Shown one piece after another: positions 18,304-28,710 of a stretch of DNA of 64,000 bases (the first letter of the stretch is position 1; each line of letters starts with the position of its first letter). A program made the position numbers and the translations under genes. The stretch comes from Chloroflexota bacterium (GTDB taxonomy: Bacteria; Chloroflexota; UBA11872): contig OZ253558.1 of the NCBI GenBank assembly GCA_965262745.1, positions 2,015,618 through 2,079,617 of the forward strand, in the 5' to 3' direction. The notes beneath the pieces were generated by a model. The model saw only the letters and a program-made list of their open reading frames with translations. It ran no database searches and was not told where the DNA came from.

Positions 18304-19830
18304 ATGGCCTTCTCGTTTCCCACGAGCGTCAAGCGGCGCACCGATTGCCTCTCGATGATTCTGGGCGAGGACGTCGCCGAGCAGCACATGCTGGCGTGGC
18401 GGCAGGAGCTGGGCGAGTTGGATCCCAACAACCCCCTGGTGACGCCGGCCATGCCTTGGGACAGCGGCTCGGTGTTCGCTCACGGCACGTTCGCGCACGA
18501 CCCGATCGACGGATTGTGGAAGGCCTGGCAGGTCTCCACGCCGCTGACGGCGGGGTATTTCGAGAACTTCCGGCGCGTGACCTATCTGACCTCGGAAGAC
18601 GGCGTCGAGTGGACACGTCCCGAGCTTGACCTGTGCCCACAGCCCGGCTATCCGCGCACCAATATCTTGCTGGACCACGATTCGGGCGGTCCGAGCATGT
18701 ACAGCTCGGTGATGATCGTCCCGGACGCCGAGCCCGACCGCCGCTACGAGATGTTCGTGATGCGCGATCCGAGCAACACCATCGGCGGGGGACCAGGCTT
18801 CATTCGCGGGCTGCCGCCCCCACCGCCGGGCCAGAAGCAGGCGCGCGGCATGTATCGGTATTTCTCGCCGGACGGCATCAACTGGACGGCGAGCGAAGGC
18901 CCGGTTCTCGAAGTGGCGGTGCCCGGCGTCCGCCTGGTGATTCCCTATGAGAATCCCAAGCACACGGCGGACACCACGTATGTCTTCCGCGAGGCGGACG
19001 GAACGTATATGGCGACGCACAAGCTGGGAGAGCCCGCGCACCCGGGCGGCTTGGTGCCATATGACATTTTCGCCGAGGGCCGCCGGGTGATGGCGCGCCG
19101 CACGAGCCCCGACGGCTCGGACTGGAGCCCCTTCGAGACGATCATCCAGCCGGACGTCTACGACCCGCACGACGTCCAGATCATGGAGCTCTGCGTGACG
19201 CCGGTGCGGAGCGGGTACATCGGCGTAATCGCCATATACCTCAATCGCACGCAGACGATCGAGCTGCAGCTCGGCGGCAGCGCCGACGGGCGAATCTGGG
19301 ATCGGCGCGTGCGCCTACCGGCGGTCGCGACCGGAGCACTGGGCGACTACGGCGGCGGCATGCTGTGGCCCTCGCACAACCTCGTCGAGCACAACGGCCG
19401 GCACTACATGTACTTCTCGGGCACCGAGGGTTTGCACGGCGACCCGGCGTCAAAGAGTCCGTCGATCTGGCCGTTCTTCTCCGCGATTTGCCGCGCGAGT
19501 TGGGCCGTGAACCGGTATTGGGCGGCTGTGTCGGGCCCGGGCGGCGACGTCGTGGGCACACTGACCACGCACCCGTTGCCCGTGGGCGGCAAGCAACTGA
19601 TCCTCAACGCCGCAACCTCGACCGTGACCGAGGGTGAGTTGCACGCGGAGCTGCTGGACCCGGACGGCAACGTGGTGGAGGGCTTCGGCAAGGACGACTT
19701 CATCCCCTGGCAGGGAGACAGCACTGCGGCCCCGGCGCGCTGGACCGGCGGCGCGGCGTGTCCGCTGGAACAATGCGCTGTGCGGTTCCACCTGCGCCGG
19801 TCACGCTTGTACGGGTACGCCTGGGAGTAG
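18304..19830 (+). CDS. BNR/Asp-box repeat beta-propeller protein (second sialidase/glycosidase-like)
   Basis: 508-aa ORF with four Asp-box-like motifs: SEDGVEWTRP, SPDGINWTAS, SPDGSDWSPF and SADGRIWDRR. Confidence 0.6.
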   Translation: MAFSFPTSVKRRTDCLSMILGEDVAEQHMLAWRQELGELDPNNPLVTPAMPWDSGSVFAHGTFAHDPIDGLWKAWQVSTPLTAGYFENFRRVTYLTSEDGVEWTRPELDLCPQPGYPRTNILLDHDSGGPSMYSSVMIVPDAEPDRRYEMFVMRDPSNTIGGGPGFIRGLPPPPPGQKQARGMYRYFSPDGINWTASEGPVLEVAVPGVRLVIPYENPKHTADTTYVFREADGTYMATHKLGEPAHPGGLVPYDIFAEGRRVMARRTSPDGSDWSPFETIIQPDVYDPHDVQIMELCVTPVRSGYIGVIAIYLNRTQTIELQLGGSADGRIWDRRVRLPAVATGALGDYGGGMLWPSHNLVEHNGRHYMYFSGTEGLHGDPASKSPSIWPFFSAICRASWAVNRYWAAVSGPGGDVVGTLTTHPLPVGGKQLILNAATSTVTEGELHAELLDPDGNVVEGFGKDDFIPWQGDSTAAPARWTGGAACPLEQCAVRFHLRRSRLYGYAWE

Positions 19831-19835
19831 ACATC

Positions 19836-22238
19836 ATGGCCATCGACTCGCGCCGGATCCTGCACCAATTGGGCCGCGGTGAGTCGGTTGACGACGTTCG
19901 CGCCGCGGCCGGGCTGACGGAAGCCGAGTTCGAGGCCTGGTGGAACGAGGAGCTTCAGCGTCGGCTGGCGGTGATCGATGGACGGGCGTCGGGCCCTGTC
20001 GGCGCGGCGGTCGAGATCCAGCGGGACGCCAGCGGCCTGCCGCACATCTATGCCGAGACCGAGGCCGACCTTTTCGTGGGGTACGGCTACGCCATGGCCC
20101 AGGACCGGCTGTTCCAGATGGACTATCTGCGGCGGCGGGCGCTGGGGCGTCTGGCGGAAATCCTCGGGGCCGAGGCGTTCGACTACGACGTGCTGGTGCG
20201 AACGGTCGGGCTGCACCGAATCGCGGCTGACGAAACGGCGCGCCTGCCGGCCGAGACGGCGGCGCACTACGAGGCCTTCGCGACCGGCGTGAACGCTTTT
20301 ATCGAGGAGTGCCGCGACCTGCCGCCGGTCGAGTTCGACCTGCTCGACTATCGGCCCGAGGCATGGCGGCCGCTCGACTCGATTGCGCTGCTAGGTGAGT
20401 TTCGCTGGTATCTCACGGGGCGGTTTCCGGTGATTGCCGTGCCGGAGCTGGCCAGGCGCGCCCTGGGCGACGGTCCGCTGTACCGCGCCTTTATGACTCC
20501 CGAGGCGATCGACGAGACGATTCTGCATCCCGGGGAATATGCGAGCGCGGGCAGCGGCACGGATCCCGTGGAGCCGCCACTGGGCGGGATCGACGACGGC
20601 ACCGGCAGCAACAACTGGGTGATCGGCCCGAGCCGCAGCGCTTCCGGCGGGGCGCTCGTGGTCAGCGATCCGCACATCGCCTTCGGCTCGCCGTGCTGCT
20701 GGTATCAAGCCCACCTGGTCGGCGGACAGTTCAACGTGGCCGGGGCCGGGTATGCGGGGGCGCCGGGCATCATCTTCGGTCGCAACCGGCGCGTCGCCTG
20801 GGGCATCACCAACAACATCAGCTCGCAGCGCGACCTCTACCAGGAGCGCACGGACCCGGCGCATCCCGGCGCCTTTCTGTATGACGGGAAGTGGGAGCCG
20901 GCGCGCGAACGCGTGGAAGCCATCAGCGTGCGCGGCGAAGGCGTGCGCGAGGAAGTGGTGCGGTCCTCGCGCAACGGCCCGATCGTCGATGACATCCTGC
21001 CGGGATTTGCGCAAGGCACCGGGCCGGTATCGCTGCGGTGGGCCGGGACGCTGCCCTGCGCGTGGCCGACGGCGATGCTGGCGTTCAATGTGGCCGACTC
21101 GTGCGCCGAGCTCGAGGATGCCTTGCGGGGATGGGTGTCGCCGACGCTGAGCATGGTGTTCGGGGACGTGGACGGCGGCTTCGGCTATCGGGCGACGGGC
21201 CAGGTACCGATCCGAGCGCGGGCGGAACGCGGCTACCGCCGCGGATGGGACCCCGCCGACGCCTGGCAGGGCATGATTCCGTTCGAGGGCATGCCCGCGG
21301 TGCGCGACCCCGAGCGCGGCTGGGTGGCAACCGCCAACAACCTGCCGGCGCCGTCGGACTATCCGTATCCGCTGGCCAACACGTCGCCGAGCGGCTACCG
21401 TGCGCGACGCATCCGGCAGATGATCGAGTCGCGCGATGCGCTCAGCCGTGAGGACATGGCGTCGATGCACTACGACGCGCTTGCGCTGCGGGCGGTCAAT
21501 GCCGTTCAAGCATTGGCGCGGATCCTCGACGGGGGCGATGCGCGATTGCAGGCCGCTGCCGCGGCGCTGCGTGCCTGGGACTGCCGCATGGACAGCGAGA
21601 GCGGCGCGGCGGCGATCTTCGAGGCGTTCCAGCACCAATGGGACGCGGCGGTTGCCGCCGAGCGCTTCTCGGCGGACGCGGCGGCCCTGGCCGCCGGCGA
21701 CTCAGCCGCCTTCGTGGCCGGCGGGATTAGCGGTCTGTCGCTGCGCCTCCTGGCTGACGACGACGTGGGGTGGTTTGCTTCGGCGGAAGCGCGAGACGCG
21801 GCGGTGCGGTCGGCGATGTCCCGCGCCCTGGATCAACTCACCGAGCGGCTCGGCCACGACATGTCCACGTGGAGTTGGGGCGGGCTTCACACGGTGCAGC
21901 TGCCCCACCTGCTGTCGGACCGCGGCGACCTGGGACGCTTGCTGGACCGCGGGGGCGATCCCGCAAGCGGGAACGGCTTCGTCGTAGGCAATACGGGGTC
22001 GTCGCCCGATTTCAGCTCAACCGGCGGCGCCAACTATCGACTGATCGTGGACCTCGCGGAGGCGCCAGCCCGGCTGTGGTCGCTGGACGCGGCGGGGCCG
22101 TCGGGTCAGCCGGGCAGCCCGCACTACGCGAACCAGTTCGGCGACTGGCTGGCCGGCCGCTATCACCAGATCCCCCTGGAACGCGACGACGTGCACGCAA
22201 CGATCAGAACCACGCTGACGTTGCAATCACCGGAGTGA
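19836..22238 (+). CDS. Penicillin amidase / acyl-homoserine-lactone acylase family Ntn-hydrolase
   Basis: The signature EIQRDASGLPHIYAETEADLFVGYGYAMAQDRLFQMDYLRR is typical of the alpha-subunit. GSNNWVIG (Ser nucleophile after the spacer) marks the beta-subunit N-terminus. Start moved to the ATG at 19836 just after the upstream stop (19828-19830). Confidence 0.85.
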   Translation: MAIDSRRILHQLGRGESVDDVRAAAGLTEAEFEAWWNEELQRRLAVIDGRASGPVGAAVEIQRDASGLPHIYAETEADLFVGYGYAMAQDRLFQMDYLRRRALGRLAEILGAEAFDYDVLVRTVGLHRIAADETARLPAETAAHYEAFATGVNAFIEECRDLPPVEFDLLDYRPEAWRPLDSIALLGEFRWYLTGRFPVIAVPELARRALGDGPLYRAFMTPEAIDETILHPGEYASAGSGTDPVEPPLGGIDDGTGSNNWVIGPSRSASGGALVVSDPHIAFGSPCCWYQAHLVGGQFNVAGAGYAGAPGIIFGRNRRVAWGITNNISSQRDLYQERTDPAHPGAFLYDGKWEPARERVEAISVRGEGVREEVVRSSRNGPIVDDILPGFAQGTGPVSLRWAGTLPCAWPTAMLAFNVADSCAELEDALRGWVSPTLSMVFGDVDGGFGYRATGQVPIRARAERGYRRGWDPADAWQGMIPFEGMPAVRDPERGWVATANNLPAPSDYPYPLANTSPSGYRARRIRQMIESRDALSREDMASMHYDALALRAVNAVQALARILDGGDARLQAAAAALRAWDCRMDSESGAAAIFEAFQHQWDAAVAAERFSADAAALAAGDSAAFVAGGISGLSLRLLADDDVGWFASAEARDAAVRSAMSRALDQLTERLGHDMSTWSWGGLHTVQLPHLLSDRGDLGRLLDRGGDPASGNGFVVGNTGSSPDFSSTGGANYRLIVDLAEAPARLWSLDAAGPSGQPGSPHYANQFGDWLAGRYHQIPLERDDVHATIRTTLTLQSPE

Positions 22239-22243
22239 CGCAA

Positions 22244-22699
22244 ATGGATCTGACGTGCGATGTGCCGCGCAGCCCCTACGACAAGCTCGGCGGCATCGTG
22301 TTTCTGCCGCGCAGCATCGACAAGGGGCGCGCGGAGCTGGCGGGGACGCTCGGCGAGTATTTGGCCCGGCACGGACGGTCCGGGCGGTTGTTCAAGTTTC
22401 TGGGCATCTCGGCCAAGGACTTTATCGAAGCGCTGCGAGACCGCCCGACGGACGAGGACGTTTGGGCCTGGGTGGCCGAGCACATGACGCCGCGGACGCC
22501 TGAGGAGATAACCGAATTCAACCAGCAGATGTGGACCGCCGAGCCCGAGGACGGGACGGATCGCTGGACGTGGGCCGGGTTCCGAAAGTATCTGGCGAAG
22601 TGTGGACAGGCGCATCGCACCGACATCACGCGGCACTTCGACCGCCTGGACCTCGACGAGGGACGCGAGGTGCCGATGGGTGGGCGTCAGCTCTGCTAG
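22244..22699 (+). CDS. DUF5069-like small protein
   Basis: 152-aa ORF starting MDLTCDVPRSPYDKLGGIVFLPRSIDKGRAE. The longer ORF 21770..22699 is antisense to the acylase and was rejected. Confidence 0.55.
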   Translation: MDLTCDVPRSPYDKLGGIVFLPRSIDKGRAELAGTLGEYLARHGRSGRLFKFLGISAKDFIEALRDRPTDEDVWAWVAEHMTPRTPEEITEFNQQMWTAEPEDGTDRWTWAGFRKYLAKCGQAHRTDITRHFDRLDLDEGREVPMGGRQLC

Positions 22700-22753
22700 C
22701 GACCGGCCGCCGCCGGCTCTCTAGAATCAACGACACGCGTTAGGAAAGCGCCC

Positions 22754-23971
22754 ATGCGCATTGCCCTGCTGGCCGATACCTATCCCCCCGCGAACCGGGG
22801 CGGGGCGGGGGTGGTGGCGCAGCGCTTGGCGCGCGCCTTTGCCGCGCGCGGCCATGACGTGCTGGTGGTGACCACCTGGCCCGACGCGACCAGTGAGGCG
22901 TCGGACGGTGACGTGCAGGTGCAGCGCTTGCAGTCGCGGTATCCGGAGCGATTCCGCAACACGGTGGCCATGATGAATCCGGTGCTGCTCGGCGGGGTGC
23001 GCCGGGCGCTGGAGGACTTTCGGCCAGACGTGGTGCACGCGCACAACGTGCACCAGCACTTGTCGTTCGCATCGCTCGAAGTGGCGGCGTCCACGGGCGC
23101 TCCGGTGGCTTACACCGCGCACGATTTCCTGCTGTTTTGCTGCATCAAGTTCATCTGCAGCGGCGGACGGGTCGATTTTCGCCAGCGGTGGTTCAACTGC
23201 GCCAAGTGCCAGCGGTTCCGCTGGAACCCGGCGCGCAACGCGGCGATCCGCCGCCAGATGACGACGCACGTGGATCACGTCTTCGTCATCAGCCAGGCGC
23301 TGCAAACCGCGCTGCGGGCCAACGGCTACGGCGGTGCCGAGATCATGCACAACGGCGTTGACGCCGAGTGGTGGTCTCAGGGGGACGGTCCAAGGTTTCG
23401 GGCGAAGATTGGCGTGGACGGCGCGCCGTTGGCGCTGCTGGCCGCCCGGGTGAGCCGCGAGAAGGGGGCCGAAGCCGCGCTGCACGGCATGGCGAAGGCC
23501 CGCAATCCCGAGCTTCGGCTCGTGATCGCCGGCGACAATCCACGCTACGCGCCCAAGCTGCGCGCCCTGGCCCGCGAGCTGGGCGTGGCCGACCGGCTGA
23601 TCTTGCCCGGCTGGATCGACGCCGACACGCTGCGCGATGCCTACCACGCCGCGGACGTCACGCTGGCGCCTTCGACCTATCCGGACCCGTTCAACCTGAC
23701 GCTGATCGAGTCCATGGCCGCCGGCACGCCCGTGATCGCGTCGGCTCTGGGCGCCGGCCCGGAGCTTGTCCCCGACGGCGAGACGGGATTCGCGGTGCAT
23801 CCGGACGACACCATGGGCCTGGCCGACCGCATCTCGCTCATCGTGGAGGACCCGGAATATGGCCGCGCGCTTGGCATGGCTGGCCAGCAGCGCGTGGCGC
23901 GGTATTTCACGCTGGACCGGCAGGTGGACCGGACGCTGGCGCGCTACCAGGCCCTGATCGCCGCCGCATGA
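22754..23971 (+). CDS. GT4-family (GT-B) glycosyltransferase
   Basis: MRIALLADTYPPANRGGAGVVAQRLARAFAARGHDVLVVT N-terminal Rossmann domain and a C-terminal GT1/GT4 EX7E-type region (LIESMAAGTPVIAS). Confidence 0.85.
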   Translation: MRIALLADTYPPANRGGAGVVAQRLARAFAARGHDVLVVTTWPDATSEASDGDVQVQRLQSRYPERFRNTVAMMNPVLLGGVRRALEDFRPDVVHAHNVHQHLSFASLEVAASTGAPVAYTAHDFLLFCCIKFICSGGRVDFRQRWFNCAKCQRFRWNPARNAAIRRQMTTHVDHVFVISQALQTALRANGYGGAEIMHNGVDAEWWSQGDGPRFRAKIGVDGAPLALLAARVSREKGAEAALHGMAKARNPELRLVIAGDNPRYAPKLRALARELGVADRLILPGWIDADTLRDAYHAADVTLAPSTYPDPFNLTLIESMAAGTPVIASALGAGPELVPDGETGFAVHPDDTMGLADRISLIVEDPEYGRALGMAGQQRVARYFTLDRQVDRTLARYQALIAAA

Positions 23972-25167
23972 CGGCCCCGCGCCGAATCGTCCACGTTATC
24001 TCGTCGCTCGCCGTTGGCGGAGCGCAGCGCCATCTGCTGCAGCTGCTCGCGGAGCCCAGGGACAGCGTGCAGCAGGACGTGATCTATTTCCGCGACCACG
24101 ATCTGCGCCGCGACGCCGAGGACCTGGCCGGGCGGGTCCACTACTTGCCCATGGCCGGCGCTTGGGGATGGACGCGGCTGCCCCAACTGACCGCCGCCAT
24201 CATCCGCGGCCGCTACGACGTGGTGCACACGCATCTGCTGCGCGCCGACATGTACGGGGCGCCGGCGGCTCGCGCGGCTCGAGTTCCCGGGCTGGTGGCA
24301 ACCAAGCACAACCTGGAGGCTCGATTGGAGCATCCGGCCTGGCGCTGGCTCCATCGGCGCACCGCCGGGATGCCGGACGCCACCATTGGCATCTCGGACG
24401 CCGTGCGCGCGTGGGCGGTGTCCACCGGCGGCGCACCGGCTTCGAAGACCCGTGTGGTGCTCTACGGGATCGACGCCGCGCCGTTCGCGGACCTGAATCA
24501 ACCGCGCGCCCGTGCCGAGCTTGGCATCGAGCCGCGCGCCCGCGTGGTGCTGTGTCCGGCGCGGCTCGACCCGCAAAAGAACCACGGAATGCTGCTGCGC
24601 GCCTTCGAGCGCGTGCACCAAGAAATGCCGGGCACCGTGCTGCTGCTGGCGGGCGGGCGGCAGCTTGGATCGGCGATCTACGAGCGCGACTTGCGGGCCC
24701 TGGCGGATTTGATCGGCGTTGATGGCGCCGTGCGCTGGGTGGGGGTCCGCAACGACATGAGCCGCCTGCTGGCCGCCTGCGACGTGGTGGCGCTGGCCTC
24801 GGACTGGGAAGGGTTTGGACTGGCGCTCCTTGAAGCCATGGCCGCCGCTCGCCCTGTGGTGGCGACGGCCGTGGGCGGCGTGCCCGAGGTGGTGCGCGAC
24901 GGCGAGAGCGGCATCCTGGTCGAGGCGGGCGACACGTCCGCGTTCGCGGAAGCGCTCGTGCAGGTCTTGCGCAATGACGTCGACCGCAGACGCATGGGCG
25001 CAGCGGCGGCGCGGCGGGCGCGCGACACGTTCACGCTGGACCGCATGAGGGCCGCCACGCACGCCGTGTACGACGAGGTGCTCGGAGCGCGCCCGGCTGG
25101 AGGCACCACCCAGCCGCGCCGATATACTTCCGGGACGGCGCGCGGCAGGCGCGCCCCCTTCACGTAG
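23968..25167 (+). CDS. GT4-family glycosyltransferase
   Basis: ATGA overlap with the upstream stop. Starts RIVHVISSLAVGGAQRHLLQL and has the C-terminal motif LLEAMAAARPVVATAVGGVPEVV. The N-terminal extension in the ORF track (from 23368) is antisense noise. Confidence 0.8.
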   Translation: MTAPRRIVHVISSLAVGGAQRHLLQLLAEPRDSVQQDVIYFRDHDLRRDAEDLAGRVHYLPMAGAWGWTRLPQLTAAIIRGRYDVVHTHLLRADMYGAPAARAARVPGLVATKHNLEARLEHPAWRWLHRRTAGMPDATIGISDAVRAWAVSTGGAPASKTRVVLYGIDAAPFADLNQPRARAELGIEPRARVVLCPARLDPQKNHGMLLRAFERVHQEMPGTVLLLAGGRQLGSAIYERDLRALADLIGVDGAVRWVGVRNDMSRLLAACDVVALASDWEGFGLALLEAMAAARPVVATAVGGVPEVVRDGESGILVEAGDTSAFAEALVQVLRNDVDRRRMGAAAARRARDTFTLDRMRAATHAVYDEVLGARPAGGTTQPRRYTSGTARGRRAPFT

Positions 25168-25176
25168 AGACGCGAG

Positions 25177-26145
25177 ATGTCCAGCAACCTCCCGACCAGC
25201 CTCGTTACGGGAGCCTGTGGCTTCATTGGCTCCCACCTCGTCGAGCGCTTGCTCGCCGAGGGTCATCACGTGATTGGCCTGGACGGCTTCACAGACTCCT
25301 ACGACATTCAACAGAAGCGGGACAACGAGCGGCGGCTGCTGGCGAACCCGGCGTACGAAACCGTCGAGGGCCATCTGATGGACCTGGACCTGCGGCCGCT
25401 GACCGACCGGGCGCAGTTCATCTTCCACCTTGCGGCGCGCGCCGGCGTGCGCGAGGGATGGACCGGGTTGAACTACGGCCGCTACATGCGTGACAACTGC
25501 CTCTCGACGCAGCGGCTGGCGGAGGCGGCCCTGGCCTCGGGCGTCAAGCTCTTCAGCTTCGCATCGACGTCGTCAATCTATGGATTCAGCCCCAAGCTCC
25601 CGACGCCCGAGGGTCACGACCTGAGTCCCCGCGCGTTTTATGCCATGTCAAAGCTGATGGACGAGCACGTGCTCAACGGGTACCGCCAGCTCTTTGGGCT
25701 GCCGGTCGTGATCCTGCGGTACTACACGCTCTTCGGTCCCCGCCAGCGGCCGGACATGCTGGCGCACATTGGTCTGAAGGCCATTGCCGAGGGCCGGCCG
25801 ATAACGGTCTACGGCGACGGCGAGCAGACGCGCGAGCTGACCTACGTGATGGACGCCGTGGAGGCGCAGGCGCGCGTGCTGGACGTACTGCCGATCGGTG
25901 AGATCTACAACATCGGCAGCGGCCCGACGGTCTCAGTAAACGAATTCATCCGCGAGATGGAGGCCGTGGTCGGCCGCCCAGCGGAGTTGATCTACACCGA
26001 CGCCAATCCAGCGGACCAGCTCCACAGCCAGGCCGATATCAGCAAAGCCCGCCGTGAGTTGAACTTCAACCCGACAACGACCGTGCGCGAGGGTCTCGAG
26101 GCCGAGTACGCGTGGCTGCGCGAGTCGATATTGGGAGAAGGCTGA
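25177..26145 (+). CDS. NAD-dependent epimerase/dehydratase (UDP-sugar 4-epimerase-like, short-chain dehydrogenase/reductase)
   Basis: LVTGACGFIGSHLVERLL GxxGxxG motif and YAMSK catalytic YxxxK. Confidence 0.85.
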   Translation: MSSNLPTSLVTGACGFIGSHLVERLLAEGHHVIGLDGFTDSYDIQQKRDNERRLLANPAYETVEGHLMDLDLRPLTDRAQFIFHLAARAGVREGWTGLNYGRYMRDNCLSTQRLAEAALASGVKLFSFASTSSIYGFSPKLPTPEGHDLSPRAFYAMSKLMDEHVLNGYRQLFGLPVVILRYYTLFGPRQRPDMLAHIGLKAIAEGRPITVYGDGEQTRELTYVMDAVEAQARVLDVLPIGEIYNIGSGPTVSVNEFIREMEAVVGRPAELIYTDANPADQLHSQADISKARRELNFNPTTTVREGLEAEYAWLRESILGEG

Positions 26146-26180
26146 CGCCACCGAGCCGTCCCATCCGCGTCCTCCAAGTG

Positions 26181-27293
26181 ATGGAGGCCACCATCGGCGG
26201 TACAAAGCGGCATCTGTTCGACTTGACCACGTCACTGGATCCCGACGCCGTGGCGGTGGAGGTGGCCTGTCCGCTGGTGCGGTCGGAAGCCCACGGCGAT
26301 ACATCCTTCGCGCGCGACCTGAGCGAGGCGGGCGTGACGGTGCGGCCGATCCCGATGGTGCGAGCGCTGAACCCGTGGGCCGATGCCGTGACCATCAAGC
26401 GTCTGGCGCGGCTGATCCGGGCGGGCGGATACGACATCGTCCACACGCACAGCACCAAAGCCGGGCTGACCGGACGGCTCGCCGCGCAGTGGCAGGCGCG
26501 AACCGTGCACACGCCGCACGGCTTCTACTACCTGAACTTTGCCGGCCGCACAGCGCGCGCCATGGCGCGCGGACTCGAGCGAGGCTTGGGCGCCTTGACC
26601 GATCGCGTGATTGCGCTGTCCGACGGCGAGCAACGCGAGGCCGTGGGATTGCTTGGAGCCTCACGCGTCCGGCTGGTGCCCAACGGCTTTGAGCCGTTCC
26701 GAACGCTTTCGAGGGCCACGGCGCGCCAGCGGCTGGGGCTGCCGGCCGACGCGCCGGTGGTGGGCACGACTTCGCGCTTCACCGCCCAAAAGGCCCCGCT
26801 GGACATCGTCGAGGCGTTCCGCGTGATCCATGAAGCGCGGCCGGAGACTCGGTTGCTGTGGATTAACGGCGGCGAATTGCAGACGGCGGTGGAGCAGCGC
26901 CTGGCGGCGCTGGGGCTGTTGGACGCCACGGTGCGTCCGGGCTTCATGCTCGACGCGCGCGCCCTGCTCCCGGCCATGGACGTCTATCTGCACCTGGCGC
27001 GGTGGGAAGGCGTGCCGTACGCCGTGATGGAAGCCATGTGGGCCGGCGTGCCGGTCGTGGGCGCGGACGCCATCGGAACCACCGACCTGATTGCAGACGA
27101 ACACACGGGTCTCTTGGTGAGCGGCGGCGATGGGCCGGCGGCCGGCCACGCGGCGCTGCGCTTGTTGACAGAGGCACGGCTGGCTCGCAACATCACGAAG
27201 GCTGCGGCGTGCAGCATGCAGCGGCGGCAGGATCGCCGCGGCATGGCGCGCGCCACCGAAGCGGTTTACCGCGAAATCGTGCAGACAAACTGA
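26181..27293 (+). CDS. GT4-family glycosyltransferase
   Basis: Starts MEATIGGTKRHLFDLT and has GVPYAVMEAMWAGVPVVGADAIGTTDLI. Start is ambiguous (GTG 26178 or ATG 26181). The M at 26112 would overlap the epimerase by 34 nt. Confidence 0.75.
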   Translation: MEATIGGTKRHLFDLTTSLDPDAVAVEVACPLVRSEAHGDTSFARDLSEAGVTVRPIPMVRALNPWADAVTIKRLARLIRAGGYDIVHTHSTKAGLTGRLAAQWQARTVHTPHGFYYLNFAGRTARAMARGLERGLGALTDRVIALSDGEQREAVGLLGASRVRLVPNGFEPFRTLSRATARQRLGLPADAPVVGTTSRFTAQKAPLDIVEAFRVIHEARPETRLLWINGGELQTAVEQRLAALGLLDATVRPGFMLDARALLPAMDVYLHLARWEGVPYAVMEAMWAGVPVVGADAIGTTDLIADEHTGLLVSGGDGPAAGHAALRLLTEARLARNITKAAACSMQRRQDRRGMARATEAVYREIVQTN

Positions 27294-27294
27294 C

Positions 27295-28710
27295 GTGCTA
27301 AGTCGAACTCGCGCCGTCGGCAGATTCCTCGCGATCGCCGACGTGCTCTTGACCATGCTCGCGCTGCTTGCGGCCGACACGTTGCGTCACGCGCTGCCGT
27401 TCGGGTTCGGACCCGCCGAGCACCTGGACTGGCTGGGCGCGCGCGAGTACATCATCGTGGCGGCGACGTGGGCCTTCTTCCTCCGCTTCGCCAGGGTTTA
27501 CCACCACCGGCGGGTGATGCGCGTGGTGCTCGAAGCGCGCGCAATCATCTTCGCGGTGCTGCTGGCCACCGGCGCGCTCTTCGCGGCCTTCTTCGTCCTC
27601 AAGGTCGAGTTCCTCTCCCGATTGCTGTTCGTGTATTTCGTCGCGCTCGATCTGACGATCCTGATCAACTTCCGCTGGCTGCTCAACCTGGCGCTGCGCG
27701 CGCGGCACCTCTCGCCCACCAATCGGCGGCTGGTGCTGATCGCCGGGGCCGGTCCCGTGGGGGACCGCGTGTCTCGGCTCATCCTCGACCGCCCGTGGTC
27801 CGGCTACGAGGTGCTGGGATTTGCCGACGACGACGTGTTGAAGCAGGGCACGACGCTCAACGGGCGGCCGGTGCTCGGACTGGTGGCGGAGTTGCCTGCG
27901 CTCGTGGACCGCCATGCGCCCGACGAGGTGATGATCGCGCTGCCCCTGCACGCGCACGGCCTGCTGCGCGAGTCGGTGTTGGCCCTTGAGCGCGCCGACG
28001 TGCGGATTCGAGTGGTGCCCGACGTCGTCGACCTGATGCCCGGTCGCACGATGGCCGAAGACATGTGGGGCATCCCGATGATCAGCGTGCGCGCGCCCGA
28101 GATCACCGGCTTCGATCGGGTGGTCAAACGGGTGTTCGACTTGGTGCTGGGGCTCCTGACCTTGGTGGTGATAGCGCCGGTGATGGCGTTGTCCGCCTTG
28201 GCCGTTTGGCTAGAAAGCGGTCGCCCCGTGATCTTCGCCCAGCGCCGGGTGGGGGAAAACGGCCGGCTCTTCACGATGTACAAGTTCCGCACCATGGTCG
28301 CGAACGCCGAGGCCCAAATCGAAGCGGCCCGGCAGCGCGGCCAGCGGCTCGAAGACCTCTATAAGCCGGCAAACGACGCCCGCGTCACCCGGGTGGGTCG
28401 ACTTCTCCGCCGTGCCAGCCTCGATGAATTGCCCCAACTCTGGAACGTGCTGCGCGGCGATATGAGCTTGGTGGGGCCGCGGCCCGAGTTGCCCTGGGTG
28501 GTGGACCAGTACAAGTCATGGCAGCGCCAGCGGCTCTCGGTGCTCCCGGGAATCACCGGCTGGTGGCAGGTCAACGGCCGCGGGGATCTGCCCTTGGTCG
28601 AAAACGTGGAGTACGACCTGTTCTACATCCAGAACTACTCGCCGCTGTTGGATATCTCGATCCTCGCGCGCACCCTGTGGGTGGTGGCGCGTGGGCGCGG
28701 GGCGTACTAG
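27295..28710 (+). CDS. Polyprenyl-phosphate hexose-1-phosphate transferase (bacterial sugar transferase, WbaP/EpsB-like priming enzyme)
   Basis: N-terminal TM helices, a central CoA-binding-like region, and a C-terminal Bac_transf domain ([57 protein letters not shown]...[11 protein letters not shown]). Confidence 0.85.
   Translation: MLSRTRAVGRFLAIADVLLTMLALLAADTLRHALPFGFGPAEHLDWLGAREYIIVAATWAFFLRFARVYHHRRVMRVVLEARAIIFAVLLATGALFAAFFVLKVEFLSRLLFVYFVALDLTILINFRWLLNLALRARHLSPTNRRLVLIAGAGPVGDRVSRLILDRPWSGYEVLGFADDDVLKQGTTLNGRPVLGLVAELPALVDRHAPDEVMIALPLHAHGLLRESVLALERADVRIRVVPDVVDLMPGRTMAEDMWGIPMISVRAPEITGFDRVVKRVFDLVLGLLTLVVIAPVMALSALAVWLESGRPVIFAQRRVGENGRLFTMYKFRTMVANAEAQIEAARQRGQRLEDLYKPANDARVTRVGRLLRRASLDELPQLWNVLRGDMSLVGPRPELPWVVDQYKSWQRQRLSVLPGITGWWQVNGRGDLPLVENVEYDLFYIQNYSPLLDISILARTLWVVARGRGAY

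Noticed and set aside
19365-22699. Multiple 100-415-aa ORFs antisense to the penicillin-acylase-family gene, e.g. 20391..21638(-)
   Set aside because: The acylase frame carries unmistakable family signatures along its whole length. The antisense frames are compositionally biased.
23368-23967. 200-codon N-terminal extension of the second GT4 ORF (similar extensions at 21770..22243, 37537..38037, 40168..40563, 45709..45900, 35347..35583, 30848..30955)
   Set aside because: Extensions overlap the upstream gene on the same strand and are R/P/G-rich. Shorter starts create canonical ATGA/GTGA or short-gap junctions and begin at conserved family N-termini.
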